From: Phycisphaeraceae bacterium
GTDB taxonomy: Bacteria; Planctomycetota; Phycisphaerae; Phycisphaerales; Phycisphaeraceae
Direction of reading: 5' to 3'
NCBI GenBank assembly: GCA_963674705.1
Contig: OY771506.1
Location: forward strand, 3,392,001-3,456,000
Length of the DNA: 64,000 bases
A program made the translations under genes and the position numbers. Shown piece by piece: positions 1 through 9,972 of the stretch (position 1 is its first letter; each line of letters starts with the position of its first letter). A model generated the notes under the pieces. It made no database searches, had not been told where the DNA came from, and saw only the letters and a list, made by a program, of their open reading frames with translations.

Positions 1-1
1 G

Positions 2-262
2 GGCGAGAAAACGCTGCGTGCACGCGGTGTATTGCCCCTGCCCGGCAGGCTCGAGTTCAGCCTGATGCTGGGCCAGGACCATGAACTGCAGGATAAGCGG
101 GATGCCTATGTCAGCAAGCGTCTGGAAGAACTGATCGCCTCCGGCCGCGCCGACAAGCTTGAAGAAGGCGAAACGTATGAACCACGTCTGCGTATCCCCC
201 TGCGCGACGGTGAAGTCTACAAGCGCGATCCTGAGGCGCTGCGGATGGATATACCGAATTGA
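2..262 (+). CDS. C-terminal part of an unidentified protein (5' truncated by window edge)
   Basis: Frame is open from base 2 (GEKTLRARGVLPLPGRL...) to TGA at 260-262 with GC3-rich codons; family not recognised. Confidence 0.7.
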   Translation, partial: GEKTLRARGVLPLPGRLEFSLMLGQDHELQDKRDAYVSKRLEELIASGRADKLEEGETYEPRLRIPLRDGEVYKRDPEALRMDIPN

Positions 263-744
263 GACAATTCTTGAACCGTCTCGTGTTGAATTATTTTGGG
301 TGGCGCCACAAACGCAGGCAAGCCGGGATGTGGCCGAAGGTAGTTGAGACGCTCCAAACTCAGCGATACGACCCTCAAGCTACAAGAAACTTTGAGTTAT
401 TGTCGGGGGCGTTCTTCTGGTCGGACGAAGTGCCTTCGATTGATCGTATTTCGAAAGAACTATATGGCGCAACGCTATTTCATTTGAAGCCGATATTCTG
501 TTACCGGGCTTCATTAATTCGTGGGGAGCCAGACAAACGATTCAGGGGGAAATGGGAGTTTTTACAGCAGGAATGCCCATCCTGGCCCGGTTTTCGGCCG
601 GAACGGCAGTCGCAAGACTTGCGTGCGGAACTAAAAGAGAGCTGTGAGAGAAGCGCTCGAGAAGTTGAGCGACTATTCAGAGCTTGCGACAAGGCTAAGG
701 GGATCGCAGAAGCACGTCAGAAACGTGAAAGCCTGAAAAGCTAA
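259..744 (+). CDS. Hypothetical protein
   Basis: 161-aa ORF; TTG start overlaps the upstream TGA; no recognised motif; visibly AT-richer than neighbours. Confidence 0.6.
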   Translation: MRQFLNRLVLNYFGWRHKRRQAGMWPKVVETLQTQRYDPQATRNFELLSGAFFWSDEVPSIDRISKELYGATLFHLKPIFCYRASLIRGEPDKRFRGKWEFLQQECPSWPGFRPERQSQDLRAELKESCERSAREVERLFRACDKAKGIAEARQKRESLKS

Positions 745-774
745 GGCACCCTCTACAGTTGGATTGAGAACGAT

Positions 775-1764
775 CTAATTAAACGTCCCGCTTTGCGCCA
801 GCAGGATCGTGAGTGTCACGGTGATCGGCGAGAGCAGCGTTGAGTAGAACACACTGCGTGCGACGTAGGAGGGGTGGTTGTCGAATTCCATGCAGAGCAG
901 CATGCAGTTCACGGCGGTGGGCATCGCGGTGCTTATCAGCAACACCTGCGCGATCGGGCCGGTCCAGCCGAGCAGTTTCAGCAGAGTGAAACCAACGATA
1001 GGGCCCGCCACGAGTCGCAGCAACACGCTTGTGGAGACCGGGCCTTTGCCTTCGCCGCGAACGACGGTCGCCAGTTGAGCGCCGAGTGTTACCAGAGCGA
1101 TCACGACGAAGCCGTTCTTGGCGTATGTGATGGCGTCCCAGATCGGTTGGATCGCGTTGGCGACGGTTTGCGCTTGTTCGCCTAATGCGTGGCGCGTGAT
1201 AACCGTGACAAGACCAATCGTTAACGCATAGATCGGCGGGAAGCGCACGATGTGCATCAGGTTCTTTTTCCATCGCCCATCGTGCAGGTCACCCGCAGCG
1301 AGTAGGACACCCAGCGAGAAGGTGGAGATGTTCTGGATGATGAGGACGAAGACCTGCAAGCCGGTCGCGCCGGCGCTGCCGAAGGGTGTGTGACGGAAAG
1401 CGAGTTCCTGGACGGGCAGGCCGTAGTTACCTGAGTTGTAGAACAGGCTGGTCATGAGCATGGCCCGGCGTTGATCGCGCGGGATGCCACGCAGGCGGGC
1501 AACGGTATAGGTAAGCACCGCCCAGACGCACATCGCAGTAAGCGTAAAGCCCACCACCTGCCCGACATCGGAAGCCGACAGGTTAGAACCGATGATGGCA
1601 TGCAACACGATCCCCGGCACGGCCACGTAAAAGTTCAGCTTCACCATGGTCGGCATGTGCAGGCCGAACTTCTTCTGGATCGCAAACCCCAACCCCACCA
1701 GGATCATCGCCGGTGCGACGATGTACCAGGCGATGTGCAGGATGTTCGAGAGGATCGAGAGCAT
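775..1764 (-). CDS. AEC (auxin efflux carrier/malate permease) family transporter
   Basis: About 10 TM segments; NSGNYGLP and AMPTAVN motifs. Confidence 0.9.
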   Translation of the reverse strand: MLSILSNILHIAWYIVAPAMILVGLGFAIQKKFGLHMPTMVKLNFYVAVPGIVLHAIIGSNLSASDVGQVVGFTLTAMCVWAVLTYTVARLRGIPRDQRRAMLMTSLFYNSGNYGLPVQELAFRHTPFGSAGATGLQVFVLIIQNISTFSLGVLLAAGDLHDGRWKKNLMHIVRFPPIYALTIGLVTVITRHALGEQAQTVANAIQPIWDAITYAKNGFVVIALVTLGAQLATVVRGEGKGPVSTSVLLRLVAGPIVGFTLLKLLGWTGPIAQVLLISTAMPTAVNCMLLCMEFDNHPSYVARSVFYSTLLSPITVTLTILLAQSGTFN

Positions 1765-1819
1765 GCCCGGTAGTGTACCGGTTTAGTGGATGGCAGCGAG
1801 TATGTCAGATCAAACGACA

Positions 1820-2323
1820 CTACGGTCGGCGGGTAAGGAGTGCAGGGAGCATCAGCAGACCGAGTGCGAAGGATGTGGGTTCGGGTACGGTTCCACCGAT
1901 CGTTTCGACTTGATCAAGATCAAGTGTAAAAGCTGCACCATTACGATTGAAGATGACTAATTCTCTTAAACTGTTACCACTGGTGTCCAGCCCCTCGCCG
2001 TCAAACAGGCTGTCTAGTCGTGTCGTTGGTAGAAGTGGATCACTTGAAAGTGGCACACTCAGGATTGATGAAATTTTACTGTTGCATACGATCCCGAGTT
2101 GAGTTGCAGCCGTCGCACCCGCTCCCGGGTTGTCGTATATCCGGAGATTTCCATGGTCGTTCGTATTATCAGTAAAACGTAGGGAACGGCCTTCGATTGT
2201 GACTGTGATGGTATAGCCGGTTCCTTGAGCAATATGATCGATGAGGCCTGCACTCGTGCTCGACGATGCCAGGGAGAGAGTTACAATCGCTACCACAATA
2301 TGTCTTGGGAGCTTTGTGTTCAT
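1820..2323 (-). CDS. Small PEP-CTERM protein
   Basis: N-terminal signal peptide; C-terminal VPEPTSFALGLLMLPALLTRRP. Confidence 0.85.
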   Translation of the reverse strand: MNTKLPRHIVVAIVTLSLASSSTSAGLIDHIAQGTGYTITVTIEGRSLRFTDNTNDHGNLRIYDNPGAGATAATQLGIVCNSKISSILSVPLSSDPLLPTTRLDSLFDGEGLDTSGNSLRELVIFNRNGAAFTLDLDQVETIGGTVPEPTSFALGLLMLPALLTRRP

Positions 2324-2397
2324 AGTAGTTGTATCGACACGTCTACGACCTTGGGATCAAGTTTGGTGTGGCGAGGATGCACCGTAAAATACGGCTG

Positions 2398-3561
2398 ATG
2401 AACAACAATCGTTCCATCCTGCACGTCGACATGGATGCGTTTTTCGCGTCGGTGGTGCAATTGGATCGGCCGGAGTTGCGGGGCAAGCCGGTGTTGACGG
2501 GGCATGATGGGCCACGTGGGGTGGTGTCGGCAGCATCCTATGAGGCGAGGGCGTTTGGCTGCCGGTCTGCGATGCCGATGTCACAAGCCAAGCGGTTGTG
2601 TCCGCAAGCGGTGATCGTCAAAGCGCCGGGCGAGCGGATACGCCACTTCAGTTCGGCGGTGTTTGCGATCTTTGATGATTTTACGCCTTTGGTTGAGCCG
2701 CTGAGTGTGGATGAGGCATTTCTGGATGTGACCGGTTCGGACAGGTTGCTGGGTGATGCGGTTTCTATTGCGAAGCAGATCCGCAAACGTATCAAGAATG
2801 AACTGGGCTTGAACGCATCGGTCGGCGTATCGTTCAATAAGTTTTTAGCCAAGCTCGCATCGGATATGGATAAGCCTGATGGGTTGACGGTGATCATGCC
2901 GGAGGATGTATTGCGCATCCTGCCACCGCTGCCGATCGAGCGGATGTGGGGCGTCGGGCCTGCGACGGCGAAGCGGCTGCGGACATGGGGCGTCAGAACG
3001 TTTGCAGACCTTCAGGCGATGAGCCTAGCTGAACTGGATAAACGATTCGGCAAGCATAGCGAGCGGTTCTACCGGCTATCGCGCGGCGAAGATGATCGAT
3101 CTGTCACGCCCGATCATTCGGCGAAGTCGATCGGCCAGGAGCAGACGTTCGGGCAAGACGTGGCGGAACGCGATTACGTGAAGAACATCCTGTTCGGCCA
3201 GGTTCAACAGGTCGGACGCCGACTGCGCAAGCACGGATTAAAAGCGCGGGGCATTAACATCAAGATCCGTTTCGGCGAGTTTGAAACCATTTCCCGGTCC
3301 ACCACGCTTGTCGATCCGACGGATGTCACTGATGAGTTATGGGGCGCAGCCAAAGCACTGTTTGATCAATGGGCGGATCACGGTTTTGTGCCTGTGCGTC
3401 TGGTAGGGATGAATGCGGACCGTATCGAATCGGACGGTGATCAACTTGGGCTATTTATTGATCCGCAACGTGAGAAAAGCCGAAGGCTTGATCAGGCGAT
3501 GGATGCGATCCAATCGCGCTTCGGCGTCAACAGTGTCAGGCGTGGTCCGAGAACAAGCTAA
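2398..3561 (+). CDS. dinB: DNA polymerase IV
   Basis: ILHVDMDAFFASV, SYEAR, SVDEAFLD, NKFLAKLAS and GVGP motifs; C-terminal QLGLF clamp-binding-like motif; start set at ATG 2398. Confidence 0.95.
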   Translation: MNNNRSILHVDMDAFFASVVQLDRPELRGKPVLTGHDGPRGVVSAASYEARAFGCRSAMPMSQAKRLCPQAVIVKAPGERIRHFSSAVFAIFDDFTPLVEPLSVDEAFLDVTGSDRLLGDAVSIAKQIRKRIKNELGLNASVGVSFNKFLAKLASDMDKPDGLTVIMPEDVLRILPPLPIERMWGVGPATAKRLRTWGVRTFADLQAMSLAELDKRFGKHSERFYRLSRGEDDRSVTPDHSAKSIGQEQTFGQDVAERDYVKNILFGQVQQVGRRLRKHGLKARGINIKIRFGEFETISRSTTLVDPTDVTDELWGAAKALFDQWADHGFVPVRLVGMNADRIESDGDQLGLFIDPQREKSRRLDQAMDAIQSRFGVNSVRRGPRTS

Positions 3562-3602
3562 TCCTAGACGCTTGCACGAGTTAGAAGGTAGAATCATCAA
3601 CA

Positions 3603-4955
3603 ATGACAGGCCGCATCACACGACGGACCCTGCTGGTTTCAGCGCTGTTGCTGGGGCAGTTAGCGTGTCTGCTGTTTGCGCTGTTGTGGTTCGGCGCCTG
3701 GCTGGAGCGGGGTCTGGGTAATCTCGTTGCCGAGCGTATCCTCATCTCTTCGCAGATGACTGCATCTCAGATCGTCAAGACTACTCAACTGATGGGGATC
3801 CAAGATACGACCCCGGGTTCACCGGATTGGGAGCGTCTGCAAAAGCTGGTGGAGGACTCCAGGCTTTCGTTCGGTGGGTATCTGTGTTTGATCGATGCGG
3901 AAGATGATGAACTGCTTAGTCACCCGCTGCTGAAAACAAGACCGGAGGAAGCGGCAAGCGAGCGCGATGCGATTCTGGCAGAGATCGATCGAGAAGACCC
4001 GTATGCAAGAAGCAAGCTGCCTCCCGGATGGAGCAGGATGCATGATGGCTCATACATGCTTGATCCGATTGCCTTGCCTTGGCTGAATGCCCGGCTTTAT
4101 GTCATTCAGCCGGAGGAACCCGTGCGTACTGCTATCCTCGCATTCATCATACGTGTGCGTGCGATTGGTACGGTGGTCGTTGTTGTTGTCGTGATTATCA
4201 GCGCATTGGTGACGCTTGTGATTGCTCAGCGCTACGAAAGCCGTATGACGCAGATCAACCGCGGTTTGGAATCACAGGTGGCGCATCGAAGTGCGGAGCT
4301 GTTGAGAAGCAGAGATGCGGTTATCTTTGGTCTGGCCAAACTCGCGGAATCGCGCGATGGTGAGACCGGCGAGCATCTTGAACGCATCGCACGCTATACC
4401 GAGGTGCTGGCGCGGCAGATCTCCCTGGCGCAAACGCCCGGCGGTGATGAGAAGTGGGTGCAGACTTTAGCTTCCACCGCGGTGCTGCATGACATCGGTA
4501 AGGTCGGTATCCCCGATGCGGTTCTACGTAAGCCTTCGGCATTAACGGATGAGGAGCGGCAGACGATCGAGAAGCATCCCCTGATCGGCGGGGAGACATT
4601 GAAAGAGATCAAGCGGCGGTGGGGGGAGGACCCGTTCCTCGTCACGGCCGGGCAGGTGTGTTATGGCCATCACGAGCGGTGGGACGGGACGGGCTATCCG
4701 GCCGGGCTCAAGGGCGAGGCGATCCCCATGGCGGCCCGGATCGTCGCGTTGGCGGACGTGTATGACGCCCTGACCAGCGAACGGGCATACAAGGACGCTG
4801 TGCCCCATGAGAAGGCCCGACAGATGATCACGGAGGCCTCGGGAACCCAGTTCGATCCCATGGTGGTCCAAGCGTTTATCGCGGTTGAAGGGCGGTTCCG
4901 GGAGATTGCCCAGGCATTTCAAGTCAAAGCCGGACCTCATAACTCAAATGAGTAG
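3603..4955 (+). CDS. Membrane-anchored HD-GYP domain protein (c-di-GMP phosphodiesterase)
   Basis: Two TM helices around a periplasmic region; RDGETGEH, LHDIGK, HHERWDGTGYP, ADVYDAL. Confidence 0.9.
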   Translation: MTGRITRRTLLVSALLLGQLACLLFALLWFGAWLERGLGNLVAERILISSQMTASQIVKTTQLMGIQDTTPGSPDWERLQKLVEDSRLSFGGYLCLIDAEDDELLSHPLLKTRPEEAASERDAILAEIDREDPYARSKLPPGWSRMHDGSYMLDPIALPWLNARLYVIQPEEPVRTAILAFIIRVRAIGTVVVVVVVIISALVTLVIAQRYESRMTQINRGLESQVAHRSAELLRSRDAVIFGLAKLAESRDGETGEHLERIARYTEVLARQISLAQTPGGDEKWVQTLASTAVLHDIGKVGIPDAVLRKPSALTDEERQTIEKHPLIGGETLKEIKRRWGEDPFLVTAGQVCYGHHERWDGTGYPAGLKGEAIPMAARIVALADVYDALTSERAYKDAVPHEKARQMITEASGTQFDPMVVQAFIAVEGRFREIAQAFQVKAGPHNSNE

Positions 4956-5133
4956 CGGCCGTCTCGTTGAATATCAGTAGTGTCTGTTGGGTGATTTAGG
5001 CGCTATAATAGTCAGTCAGATTCTTCTAAATTGCTTGTAAACAGGCAATTGTGTGGTAAATTGGAGTTGTGGGGGAGTTTTTCCCGGGCGTGTGACAGAC
5101 AGATACTTCCATCCACCTTCGCAAGGAGGGACC

Positions 5134-6693
5134 ATGTTCGATCATAAGCACCAACCTGTTACAGCCGTGCGTCTACACGCTTGTGGTCTGCTGGCCGCGA
5201 TGCTGAGTGTGTCGGTTCTGGCTTCTGACGTTTCCGCTCAGATCTGGACGGACCTGACGGGCGGATTGTCGGTTAACAACATTCAGCTCAATCTTCAGGT
5301 CAATACGATTTCGAACATCCCGATCGGCGGGTATCAGCCGTTGGTCGTGACCAGCCTTACGAATGAAGATACCACCGATGATCTGGACTTTTTCGCCTAC
5401 AACACAGACACCTATCTGAGCAACGGCATCAGTGGAGCACATGCACTGGCGTCCAACGGTTCGCCGTATTACCAGGTTGCATTACTGGATACCGGGGCAC
5501 AAGTACACCTGCTGACCCAGGAAGCGATCGCCGGTTTTGACTTTGCTGGTAATAACCTGCTTGGGTCGACGCAATTCTCAGTCGGCGGGGCCGGCGGTTC
5601 GGAGCTTGTGACGATCCATGATCCACTCGGCCTCTATGTGACCAGCCTCGGGAATGCGACAGGCGGCACAAGTCTTTCCGTTGCTACAAATACGTTAGTT
5701 GGTCAGTACAACGTGACCGTGGTTGGGGCGGAGGAGCCGGAGTCAATTTTGCCGGATGTTGTTGGATTACCGCTTGCCAGTCAATACACGACGGTGATAC
5801 GTGCTGATCAGCGTTATGAAGTCGTTGTGGGTTCACAGACGTATGAGTCGCCCAGTGTGGAGTTGTATTCGTTCGGTGATTCGAGCATCCCGGATTACAC
5901 GATGTATGCCCCGTTGTCGTTGCTGCCCGGTTCGGCGTTTGCCAGTTCGCCATTCTTCTTCCCGGGTTTCGATAATCTTGAAGACTTCCATGATAACCCG
6001 TCGCTACCCAGTAGTGTCGCGGGTGCTTTATTCCTGACCGGTAATCTTGCCAACGCTGGAGAAAACATGGAAGGGATCGATATGTTCCTGGATACCGGAG
6101 CGCAGGTGACGGTCATTTCCGAGTTGACCGCTGCGACGCTGGGGATTGATGTGGTGCAGGATGAGCCGGCATTTACCATTGAGATCCAAGGCGCCGGCGG
6201 TGTGGTTCAGGATGTGCCGGGCTTCTATCTCGATTCTTTCGAGCTCGTTACGATCGGCGGCGACTTCATACTTTATGATGTGCCGGTCATCGTGCTGAAC
6301 GTGCTTGATCCGCGTGACGGTGTCAATCCCGTGCCGGCTATTGTCGGGACCAACCTGTTCAGTGACCGCAACATCGTAATCAACCCCGAGGCGGGTAACG
6401 CATATCTGGCGATCAGCGATATCGTGACGATCCTTGGTGATCTTAATTCAGATGGTTTCGTGGGATTGGATGACCTGGACATCATCCTCAACCACTGGAA
6501 CCAGGATGTGACCGAAGGCTATCTGTTATCCGGTGATCCCAGCGGTGATGGATTTGTCGGCCTCGATGATCTGGACATCGTGCTGAGCAATTGGAACGCG
6601 GGTACACCGCCGACCGTCGCCGTCCCCGAGCCCGGGACGTGTTTGATCCTGGTGGGTACGGGCTTACTCACGCTACGGCGTCGCGCGGCGTAA
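5134..6693 (+). CDS. Secreted tandem retropepsin-like aspartic protease with dockerin-like module and PEP-CTERM
   Basis: SD AGGAGG before ATG 5134; two (L/F)LDTGAQV motifs; duplicated GDxxxDGFVGLDDLDI; VPEP-TM-RRRAA. Confidence 0.85.
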   Translation: MFDHKHQPVTAVRLHACGLLAAMLSVSVLASDVSAQIWTDLTGGLSVNNIQLNLQVNTISNIPIGGYQPLVVTSLTNEDTTDDLDFFAYNTDTYLSNGISGAHALASNGSPYYQVALLDTGAQVHLLTQEAIAGFDFAGNNLLGSTQFSVGGAGGSELVTIHDPLGLYVTSLGNATGGTSLSVATNTLVGQYNVTVVGAEEPESILPDVVGLPLASQYTTVIRADQRYEVVVGSQTYESPSVELYSFGDSSIPDYTMYAPLSLLPGSAFASSPFFFPGFDNLEDFHDNPSLPSSVAGALFLTGNLANAGENMEGIDMFLDTGAQVTVISELTAATLGIDVVQDEPAFTIEIQGAGGVVQDVPGFYLDSFELVTIGGDFILYDVPVIVLNVLDPRDGVNPVPAIVGTNLFSDRNIVINPEAGNAYLAISDIVTILGDLNSDGFVGLDDLDIILNHWNQDVTEGYLLSGDPSGDGFVGLDDLDIVLSNWNAGTPPTVAVPEPGTCLILVGTGLLTLRRRAA

Positions 6694-6798
6694 ACCGGCT
6701 TTCGTTACCTCAATTTACAGACTTCTTGGCCACGTGCATGCTTGTGCGTGTATCATGCTGCGCATTGGGTACTTGAACTTTCTGTGGAGTGTGGGCAT

Positions 6799-8595
6799 AT
6801 GCATTCATATCAACGTGTTCGATCGGGCTGGTTGTTTTGTTTGATTCTGCTGCTTTTCGGCGTGCAGGTAAACGCGGATGTCTGGCCGGGGTTTGAGCAG
6901 AGCCCGTTCTTTAATGAGCAGACACGCGAGATGCACTTTGATTCCGGTGTTCGGTTGTTGATTATCGCGCCGGCTCTGGATCGGATCGATCCGGATAAGC
7001 CAAACCGTATCGTATTCTTTGCTACACCCAACGGGAACACGATCGAGCAAACACTCGGCGCAAGGATGACCGACGGCCTGGACTGGCATTACGACATCCA
7101 ACACATCGCGGCGCAGCATCGGCTGTATCAGGAAGCGAACAAGCGTGAAAACCTGGTGCTGGTCTGTCTGCAATCGGATATCAAGAGTTGGCCGAGTTGG
7201 CGAAGTCAAAACGAGAACAACGCGGAGCTGATCCGAGGTATCGTGTCGGATGTGCTTGCGGCGATTCCACTGGACAATCCAACTGTCACGCTTGCATCTC
7301 ACTCCGGCGGCGGCAGCTTCATGTTCGGCTTTATCAACGGCTCAGAAACGATCCCCGGTTGGGTCGACCGCTTCATTTACCTCGATTCCAACTACGGATT
7401 CAGCGATGAAGACGGGCACGGCGAAAAGTTTAAACAGTGGTTAGCGGGTGATCCCGATCGTCGCTTGCTTGTGGTTGCTTATGACGATCGTGAGATCACT
7501 TACCAAGGGAAAAAGGTTGTCAGCCCGACAGGCGGAACCTATCGCGCGACGCACCGCATGCTGGACAGCTTCAAGAAGTATGGCGATATCGTTGAACACG
7601 AGGTGGGCAAGTTCAAGGCATACGATGCGCTCAATGGCCAGGCACGATTGCTTATCCATCCGAACCCGGAAAATATCATCCTGCACACGCGTTTGGTGGG
7701 GGAGATGAACGGGCACCTGTATGGCATGGCGCTGGACACGCCGGAAGATGAAGCATTTAGTGATATCGGCGGGCCGAGAGCGTATATGCAGTGGGTGCAA
7801 CCGTATCCTTACGATCAGGTTGAAGTACAGTCGACGAATGATGTCGGGCTTTCGATCCCGCCTCGCCCGGCCGATGCGATGGCAGGCAGAGCGTTTATGA
7901 AAAGCATAGAAGGCCTGCCTGCGGACGAACGCGATGAAGCGATCCGCAAAGAGTTGTTGCGTGGGAACATGCCTGACTTCATGCGCCACTTTGTAGCGAT
8001 CCACACACGCTCCAAGATCGCTGATGATTCGGAGTTGTCAGCGACGTATGAGGTGAGTCCGGATTACCTGTCGGTTGGGAGTAATGATGATTATGTTCGT
8101 GTGCCTGTTACGCCGATGACTGCCCAGGCGGTTGCAGATGCGTTTGGTTGTGTGCTGCCGACACGGAAGATGGTGGACGATATCTACGACCAGGCGCCGA
8201 TCAAGCTTGCGCCGCTGCCGTTGACAGAAGAGCGTGAGTCTGTCACCTCGTTCTTACAGCACAACGGCCTGATCGAATGGCAACGTGAGGAGGTCCGGGC
8301 GCCTTCAGGCGAGTTGATAGCCGGGATCAAGAAAGATGTCGTCATCACCAATCGCCTGCAAGAGCGGCCGAACCGCGTCGCCATCTACGGCTGGCACAGA
8401 CTCAACGGCAAAGCGATTCAACCTCTGACAATCGTGCATGTCAATACCTATGTCGATTACAGCCACGGCATCCGGCTCGTCAAGAAAACCATGCGCGTGG
8501 GTGAAGCCCCCAAGCCGATCGATGAAGTGCTGGCTGATCCGAGCCTGGCGCCGTTGTTGAGTGATGAGGGGACGATAGAGATACCTCACTATTGA
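6799..8595 (+). CDS. Secreted two-domain protein: alpha/beta-hydrolase-like N-terminal domain plus uncharacterised C-terminal domain
   Basis: GGAG SD, signal peptide ending VNA-D; nucleophile-elbow-like ASHSGGG; distinct C-terminal part with AIYGWH and YVDYSHGIRLV. Confidence 0.7.
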   Translation: MHSYQRVRSGWLFCLILLLFGVQVNADVWPGFEQSPFFNEQTREMHFDSGVRLLIIAPALDRIDPDKPNRIVFFATPNGNTIEQTLGARMTDGLDWHYDIQHIAAQHRLYQEANKRENLVLVCLQSDIKSWPSWRSQNENNAELIRGIVSDVLAAIPLDNPTVTLASHSGGGSFMFGFINGSETIPGWVDRFIYLDSNYGFSDEDGHGEKFKQWLAGDPDRRLLVVAYDDREITYQGKKVVSPTGGTYRATHRMLDSFKKYGDIVEHEVGKFKAYDALNGQARLLIHPNPENIILHTRLVGEMNGHLYGMALDTPEDEAFSDIGGPRAYMQWVQPYPYDQVEVQSTNDVGLSIPPRPADAMAGRAFMKSIEGLPADERDEAIRKELLRGNMPDFMRHFVAIHTRSKIADDSELSATYEVSPDYLSVGSNDDYVRVPVTPMTAQAVADAFGCVLPTRKMVDDIYDQAPIKLAPLPLTEERESVTSFLQHNGLIEWQREEVRAPSGELIAGIKKDVVITNRLQERPNRVAIYGWHRLNGKAIQPLTIVHVNTYVDYSHGIRLVKKTMRVGEAPKPIDEVLADPSLAPLLSDEGTIEIPHY

Positions 8596-9836
8596 TCAGA
8601 TAACTGCTCTGCAACTTGTTGTGCTTCTCGCATCACACGTAGCAGGTTCCCGCCCGTGATCTTTTTGATATCTTCCTCACTATAGCCGCGATTGAGCAGG
8701 GCCTGGGTGATGTAGGGATAGCCGGAGACATCTTCGAGTTGTGTTGGGAGTTTGCTGACGCCGTCGTAGTCTGAACCGAGGCCGACATGGTCGATGCCGG
8801 CGACTTCGACGATGTGATCGATGTGGTCGATCAGGTCGTAGACGGTACCCGAGGGGTAGGGATTTGCTTCACGCCACGCTTGCCGGGCTTTCTTGTAATC
8901 TTCTTCATCCGGGTATTGTTCGTGCAGTTTGCGATTAACCTCGAACATGTCGGCCATCATTTTTGCGGCGGTCGGTTCGACGTAGCCTGAGAAGAAGACG
9001 ACCATCACGACGCCGTTATTTTCCTTGACCATTTTGAGGACATCGTCGGGGACGTTGCGGTCATGCTGGGCGATGGCGTATGCGCCGGAGTGCGACGCGA
9101 TGATCGGGGCTTTGCTTACCCGCAAAACATCGCGCATGGCGTCGGCGGAGATGTGCGAGATGTCCACGAGCATCCCGAGCTGGTTCATTTCCAGAACGAC
9201 TTGTTCGCCGAATGGCGACAGGCCGCCGCTGATCGGCTTGTCGGTCGCGGAGTCGCACCACGACAGGCTGTCGGAGTGCGTGAGTGTCATGTATCGTGCA
9301 CCTAGTTCGTAGAGCATGCGGAGTGTGCCGAGTGATTCTTCTATCGCCTGACCGCCTTCCACACCGATCATGGATGCGATCTTGCCTTCACCATGGATGC
9401 GTTCGATGTCATCCGCAGAAAATGCCAGTTCGAATGTTTCGGGATAGCGCTGCGTCATCCGGCGGATCAGGTCGATCTGTTCAAGGCAGTACCGGGTAGA
9501 ACCGCCGGACTTTGCATACTCAGATGGTACGTAAGCTGCCCAGAACTGAGCGCCGACGCCGCCGGCACGCAGACGCGGGATGTCGGTCTGCATTTCCGGC
9601 TGTGGTTGAGAGATGTCACGTTCGTCGAACGATGAATGGGCCTTGTTGCGCATCTCGTAAGGCAGGTCGTTATGCCCATCGATCACGATACATGCGGCAT
9701 GAATCCGGCGGCCTTCATCGGTGAGAGTAACATGTTCATCCACTTCTTTCATATCCATCTCCGCATGCACCACGTTTGTGGTGAACAAAATGACCGATGA
9801 TAAAAACCCAACCGATAGAAAGTTCAAGCCGCCCAT
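8589..9836 (-). CDS. Membrane dipeptidase (peptidase M19 family), exported
   Basis: DGHND, GVEGG, YMTLTH, DISH, ASHS, RN and GSDYDG motifs; signal peptide. Confidence 0.93.
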   Translation of the reverse strand: MGGLNFLSVGFLSSVILFTTNVVHAEMDMKEVDEHVTLTDEGRRIHAACIVIDGHNDLPYEMRNKAHSSFDERDISQPQPEMQTDIPRLRAGGVGAQFWAAYVPSEYAKSGGSTRYCLEQIDLIRRMTQRYPETFELAFSADDIERIHGEGKIASMIGVEGGQAIEESLGTLRMLYELGARYMTLTHSDSLSWCDSATDKPISGGLSPFGEQVVLEMNQLGMLVDISHISADAMRDVLRVSKAPIIASHSGAYAIAQHDRNVPDDVLKMVKENNGVVMVVFFSGYVEPTAAKMMADMFEVNRKLHEQYPDEEDYKKARQAWREANPYPSGTVYDLIDHIDHIVEVAGIDHVGLGSDYDGVSKLPTQLEDVSGYPYITQALLNRGYSEEDIKKITGGNLLRVMREAQQVAEQLSDQ

Positions 9837-9914
9837 GCTTTCACTCCGTTATACAGCCAGAAGGAACCAGTGGTAGGTATGATAGCTGGTTTCGAATGAT
9901 CTCTCAGTACCTGT

Positions 9915-9946
9915 AAAAAAGGTGTGACACAAGTGAGCCACACCTT
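9915..9946 (-). terminator. Probable intrinsic terminator
   Basis: AAGGTGTG/CACACCTT stem followed by a T6 tract on the minus strand, after the PEP-CTERM gene. Confidence 0.6.
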
Positions 9947-9972
9947 AATAGTTCTAAATTATCAGCTTGCCT

